Source: Tricharina praecox
Lineage: Eukaryota
Reading direction: 5' to 3'
Assembly (NCBI RefSeq): GCF_024521635.1
Contig: NW_026250405.1
Location: 1,612,001-1,676,000 of the forward strand
DNA: 64,000 nucleotides
Shown piece by piece: positions 60,108-64,000 of this stretch. Below the pieces are notes generated by a model. It worked only from the letters and a program-made list of their open reading frames with translations, was not told where the DNA came from and did no database searches. The translations under genes and the position numbers were made by a program. Within the stretch, counting starts at the first letter, position 1. Each line of letters opens with the position of its first letter.

Positions 60108-62288
60108 GGTTTTGCGGGGTTTCGCACGTCCTGGGTAGCCGTCTCTTACTTTCCACTCTTGCTCTTGTGTTGTACGAGTCATCTTTAGTCTTTCTTGTCG
60201 AAGCGGAAAAATGACGGGATGCTTTCTTACGGGGATATTTTTTTCGGGGTTCCAGGTGTTATCCTTTGGTCACTATTACTCTCTTATTATATTCTTGTCT
60301 CATCCTTTATTTCTTTACCATGGGACACCTTGGTGTCTTTTTTCTCCTCTTTTTCTAGCAGTTTCTTTTTTGGGTTGGGGGAGTTTTTGTGTTGCGTTTT
60401 TTTTGTTTCTTTCTGATCTCTTATGTGTTTTATGGTGCATGGGGAACGGGTCTGGGGTTTGATTTTTTGATTTTTTTGATTTTTGATTTCATGTTAGTTT
60501 CGATTGAGGACGACGGGGACGGGGATGGCGACGGGGAAAGGGAACGGGAATGGAACGAGGGACATCTTTCTTCTTCTTCTTTACACTTTTACATATTTAT
60601 TTTACTTGCTCATCTAGCGTTTTTGAGTTTTGATTAGGTGGCAGCCGGGCGGGCGGGCAGGCTTTGTGTATAAAATTTGGGGCGGGGCGGGCGGGTTGGG
60701 GTCGGGGACGGGGGGGAGGTGGGGGAAGTTCATGTCTTATCTTTTCGTCTAGGAGTTTTTCCGTTTCTACTTTGGGGGGGTTTTCAGTTTCTACTTGGGG
60801 GGTTTCTACTGGGGAGGGGTTTGGGGAAGGGGGGTTGTCTTTTCCGGTTTCTTGTTTCTTGTTTCTTGCTTTTATATACCTATCACGTGGCCTCCCCCCT
60901 CTATGCATACCCTCTACCCGCCCTAGAATTAGTACCTATTATCTGTCTGTGTCTGTCAGTCTCTGTGTCTGTCGTGTTTTTGATGTTTGAGATACCCCCG
61001 GTTTTTGATGCGATGCTGTGTATGCGTGTTGATGCGAGTTCATGCTTGGTTGATGCGGGTTGATGCCTCTACTTAGTTACTTGGTTATGTGGATGTTATA
61101 AAAGTTTCGGATGATGGATGATGGATGGATGGGGGTGAAGGGGAGGGAAGGGGAGGGAAGGAAATGGAGTGGGATAAATGGAATGGAATAAGAGAAGAAT
61201 AAGAGAGGATTCATATCATACTGGTGAAAATGAATGGGATAATTGGGATTGTAAATGATGTTTATTGTTTGGGCTTTGAGCTTTGGGTCTACAGACTACA
61301 AGTGGATACCTGTGAGCGGAGGGGCAGCCTGGGGGATCGTCTGTGGAATTATCTTTGTCCTTGGAGTTGAAGTTGTTGGGAGGATGCTGATCTGCCAGTA
61401 TATGATACTACTCAGTACCTGGTAGTAGGTGCTGTACATTCAACTCGAGATCCAGGCGAAGAACTCAAGGGCGGGCGGGCTGGTGGGGAATGAGACCCAT
61501 GTGCATTGTGTGTGGCAAGACACCCACCATCACCCGCGGATCAAGACCAAAGCCACAACCGCAGTAGGCCCTAACTACAGGGGGGATCGTCGAGTATCTA
61601 AGCGTATGTACATAGCGGGTATGTACATAAGCATCATGCACGGGTAAGCCACGGGTAAGCCACGGTTCCTAGTAGATATATGTATTAAGCGATGCGGACG
61701 CGTTGCAGTTGGCAAACCCTGGTCCTTGAACCTGCGAGTACATGTGTAGCTGAGATCCCGGGTTACACTGTGGCCCTACTGCGGCGCTGGGGTTCTGGGG
61801 TTCTGGGGTCTACTGTGGCTCTGTGGCTTTGGGGTTCTGGGGTTCTGGATCGAAGGGAAATGGAAGTGGTTAGTAGATTCGTAGCTTGGTATGGAAGGGC
61901 GATGATCGATCGTGAATGGAAATTTGCAGTTTTGCATCGTGGTTGGGGGGATTGTCTGGTTCTCGGAGTTGTGTCTATGTACCGTAGATTTTTAGTCCTT
62001 GGTTTAATCTCGCTGTCTGGGCGTGAGTGTCGTTTCCCTCGCCTTCTGCAGCCTGCGGGCTGATCACTTTGAAGCGTGGGATTCGGTAGCCAAGTTGGAT
62101 GGTGGGGGTATTCCTCGGGTTGAAGTTCCAACTTCTCGGGAACGATCATGTTGCCAGCCCTCTTTGGGTACATAATGTATGTACGTACCTAATCTGTGCT
62201 ATATCCCGCGCTCTTCGCAGACTTCACCATAAGTTTGAGCTACCGCACCCCCCGCCCCCGTTTATCAAACCACATTCCCACGTACCGT

Positions 62289-62576
62289 ATGCCAGCCCCT
62301 ACCACCACTACCACAACTGGCACTCCCAACCGCAACCCCACCGCCCTCAGCGTGCACGAAGCCGCGGCCCGCTTCTTTGCCGCGCGGGGGATCGACTGGC
62401 GCGGACTCGGATTTAAGTACACCCGGAGCCAGCGGGTACTCCGCATCTTTGCCACCGCTGACGACCCCGACGTTGTCCGCGCGTGTGCGGAGCTGCGGAG
62501 GAAGCTTGAGCGCTGTGAGCTCGAGATCGAGGTTATGCTCATTGTTGCGAGGAGCTGTGCGAGGGGTAGTGCTTAG
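62289..62576 (+). CDS. Small hypothetical protein (95 aa)
   Basis: ATG at 62289. GC-rich third positions and protein-like composition (SVHEAAARFFAARGIDWRGLGFKY...DPDVVRACAELRRKLERCELEIE). No family recognised. Confidence 0.45.
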   Translation: MPAPTTTTTTGTPNRNPTALSVHEAAARFFAARGIDWRGLGFKYTRSQRVLRIFATADDPDVVRACAELRRKLERCELEIEVMLIVARSCARGSA

Positions 62577-62712
62577 CGGTGGTGACAGCATGCCATGCAA
62601 CTCGGACCGGATGTTCTATCGAAACCAGGCTCTCGAGCGAGTTGCACTTTTATACCTGGCTGTTGAGGTTGGCGCTTGAATTGACTTGACAATATGTGAT
62701 TGAAGGTTCACA

Positions 62713-62971
62713 CGAGGGTGCTCGTGGGGGTGCTTGGAAACCATTTTTAATTCGAGAAGGTGCGGATTCGAGTGAGGTTCCATGGAGTAATGCCGGATTA
62801 AAAGTTATCCAGATACTATGAAGCTTGTGGTGCTATAGCTGTTAGTCTTGCCATTGGAAACGTGAGCTTTTGTTGGGTTGGTTCTCGTATACATACTAGC
62901 ACTGGTACTGGTTAGAGGCAGGAGGCCTCTGACCTCATCGGTCCCCAAAGCCATAGGTGAACTTGCTCCGC
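62713..62971 (+). repeat. Dispersed repeat family member (same family as 44247-44665)
   Basis: CGTGGGGGTGCTTGGAAA, GAGAAGGTGCGGATTCGAGTGAGGTTC, GGTTCTCGTATAC and CAGGAGGCCTCTGACCTCATCGG are shared with the reverse complement of 44350-44632. Confidence 0.85.
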
Positions 62972-63298
62972 CAGAGTCTGTAGTAAGTGGCATAAACATA
63001 GCCAGAAGGCTGAATGGGCTTTGGATTATATTGCTCTGGCTCGCAGTGATTCACTCTGTTTACCGTTCTTTCAATCCAGGGAAACGTGAGAATAAGTTGG
63101 TCACAAAGCATCACTCAGTCTCGAGTCCCGAGGATGCCAAGCCCCACCCAGTCTCGGGTCCCTAGAATGCCAAGCCCCACGCTAGCATTGAACTCTAGCG
63201 GCTAGGGCAACACGACAAGGTGAACCATCACGTCCTCGGCGGGGGGGAGCAATATCGCGTGGGAGAATGTCAGAGCTCTCAGACCTACAACAGTGATC

Positions 63299-64000
63299 AT
63301 GCCGAGTCCCACGCTTCCGCTCGACACATACAGGAAGCTCTTTCGCAAATGCATCTTGCACCGAACACCCGTCGATAGGGTATGAATCTCCCCACGCAGT
63401 TGTTTTGAGAGATGAACTCGAATGGAGGCCTAACGTTTCCGGCGGTCCGCAATGTAGTTCGAGGGTTACTTCCACCAGCTGCTGTCGCGCTCCCCGATTC
63501 CGCCCACGGCCATCGCCTCTACGGCCCTCGAGCCCGAGCTGACGTCCAATGCCTCGGACCCGCTCCACCTCCAGTACGTGAGCCGCCTCGTCGAGCGCGA
63601 CATCGTCAGTCTCGCCAACATCCTGGTCGCGCTGCTGCAGACGTCCGCCGCGAAATCGCTCACCACCTCGGCTACCACGTCCCCCGAGGCCGCGTTCAAA
63701 CACCTGCGCGGCAGGGAATTGCTCGAGCAGGATGTGTTCCTGGTGTTGGCGCTTCTCCTGCGCGGCCAGAAGAAGCCGCGGTCGCCCGAGAGTGTGTGGT
63801 CGGCGGTGCAGGCCATGAGCGATTGGATGGAGGCGGTGATGGCGGCTTCCGGTGCGGGCATCCTGAGCAGTGGTGATGGTGCCGCCGAGGGGATCACCGA
63901 GGTGTCGATGGCACAGGATCAGTCGAGCAAGCTTCGGCTCGAGGCGCTGGGCGAATTGATCATTGCGCTGGGGGCGAACGAACAGGCGGCCAAGATCTTG
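63299..64000 (+). CDS. med5: Mediator complex subunit Med5 (Nut1), 5' part; runs off the window
   Basis: Exon 63299-63379 (MPSPTLPLDTYRKLFRKCILHRTPVDR), intron 63380-63457 (GTATGA..CTAAC..TAG), then an open frame to the end (FEGYFHQLLSRSPIPPTAIASTALEP...DPLHLQYVSRLVERDIVSLANILVALL...AMSDWM). This matches my recollection of the Pezizomycotina Med5 N-terminus. Absent from the ORF track because it has no stop in the window. Confidence 0.72.

Noticed and set aside
63412..63876. 154-aa + strand ORF in the track
   Set aside because: Wrong frame; the Med5-like frame starts at 63458 after the intron and stays open to the window end.

Overview
Eukaryotic DNA from a filamentous ascomycete (short GT-AG introns with CTRAC/CTAAY branch sites; Pezizomycotina, possibly Pezizomycetes, which is an inference). 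There are three zones. (1) 1-16.4 kb is accessory-looking: a 5-exon secreted repeat protein with a Cys-rich C-terminus, an F-box gene, a secreted NucA/NucB-type nuclease, a TAG-interrupted Cys-rich frame and a 9-exon RUS1/DUF647 gene. (2) 16.4-56 kb is a microsatellite-rich gene desert whose only clear protein gene is an RgsA-like RGS gene. It also holds a TIR-bounded MITE, a dispersed repeat, and an old inverted duplication carrying two identical, divergently oriented, intron-containing tRNA genes (anticodon GCC) with an acceptor stem atypical for Gly. (3) 56-64 kb holds a Bud5-like SH3/RasGEF gene, a small orphan ORF and the 5' part of Mediator Med5. The strongest leads are the atypical tRNA pair, long AUG-depleted leaders of rgsA and bud5 whose upstream AUGs sit almost entirely in putative leader introns, and a roughly ten-fold enriched TACTCTA/TAGAGTA heptamer across the desert. 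Gene models and counts were made by eye, with no database searches.
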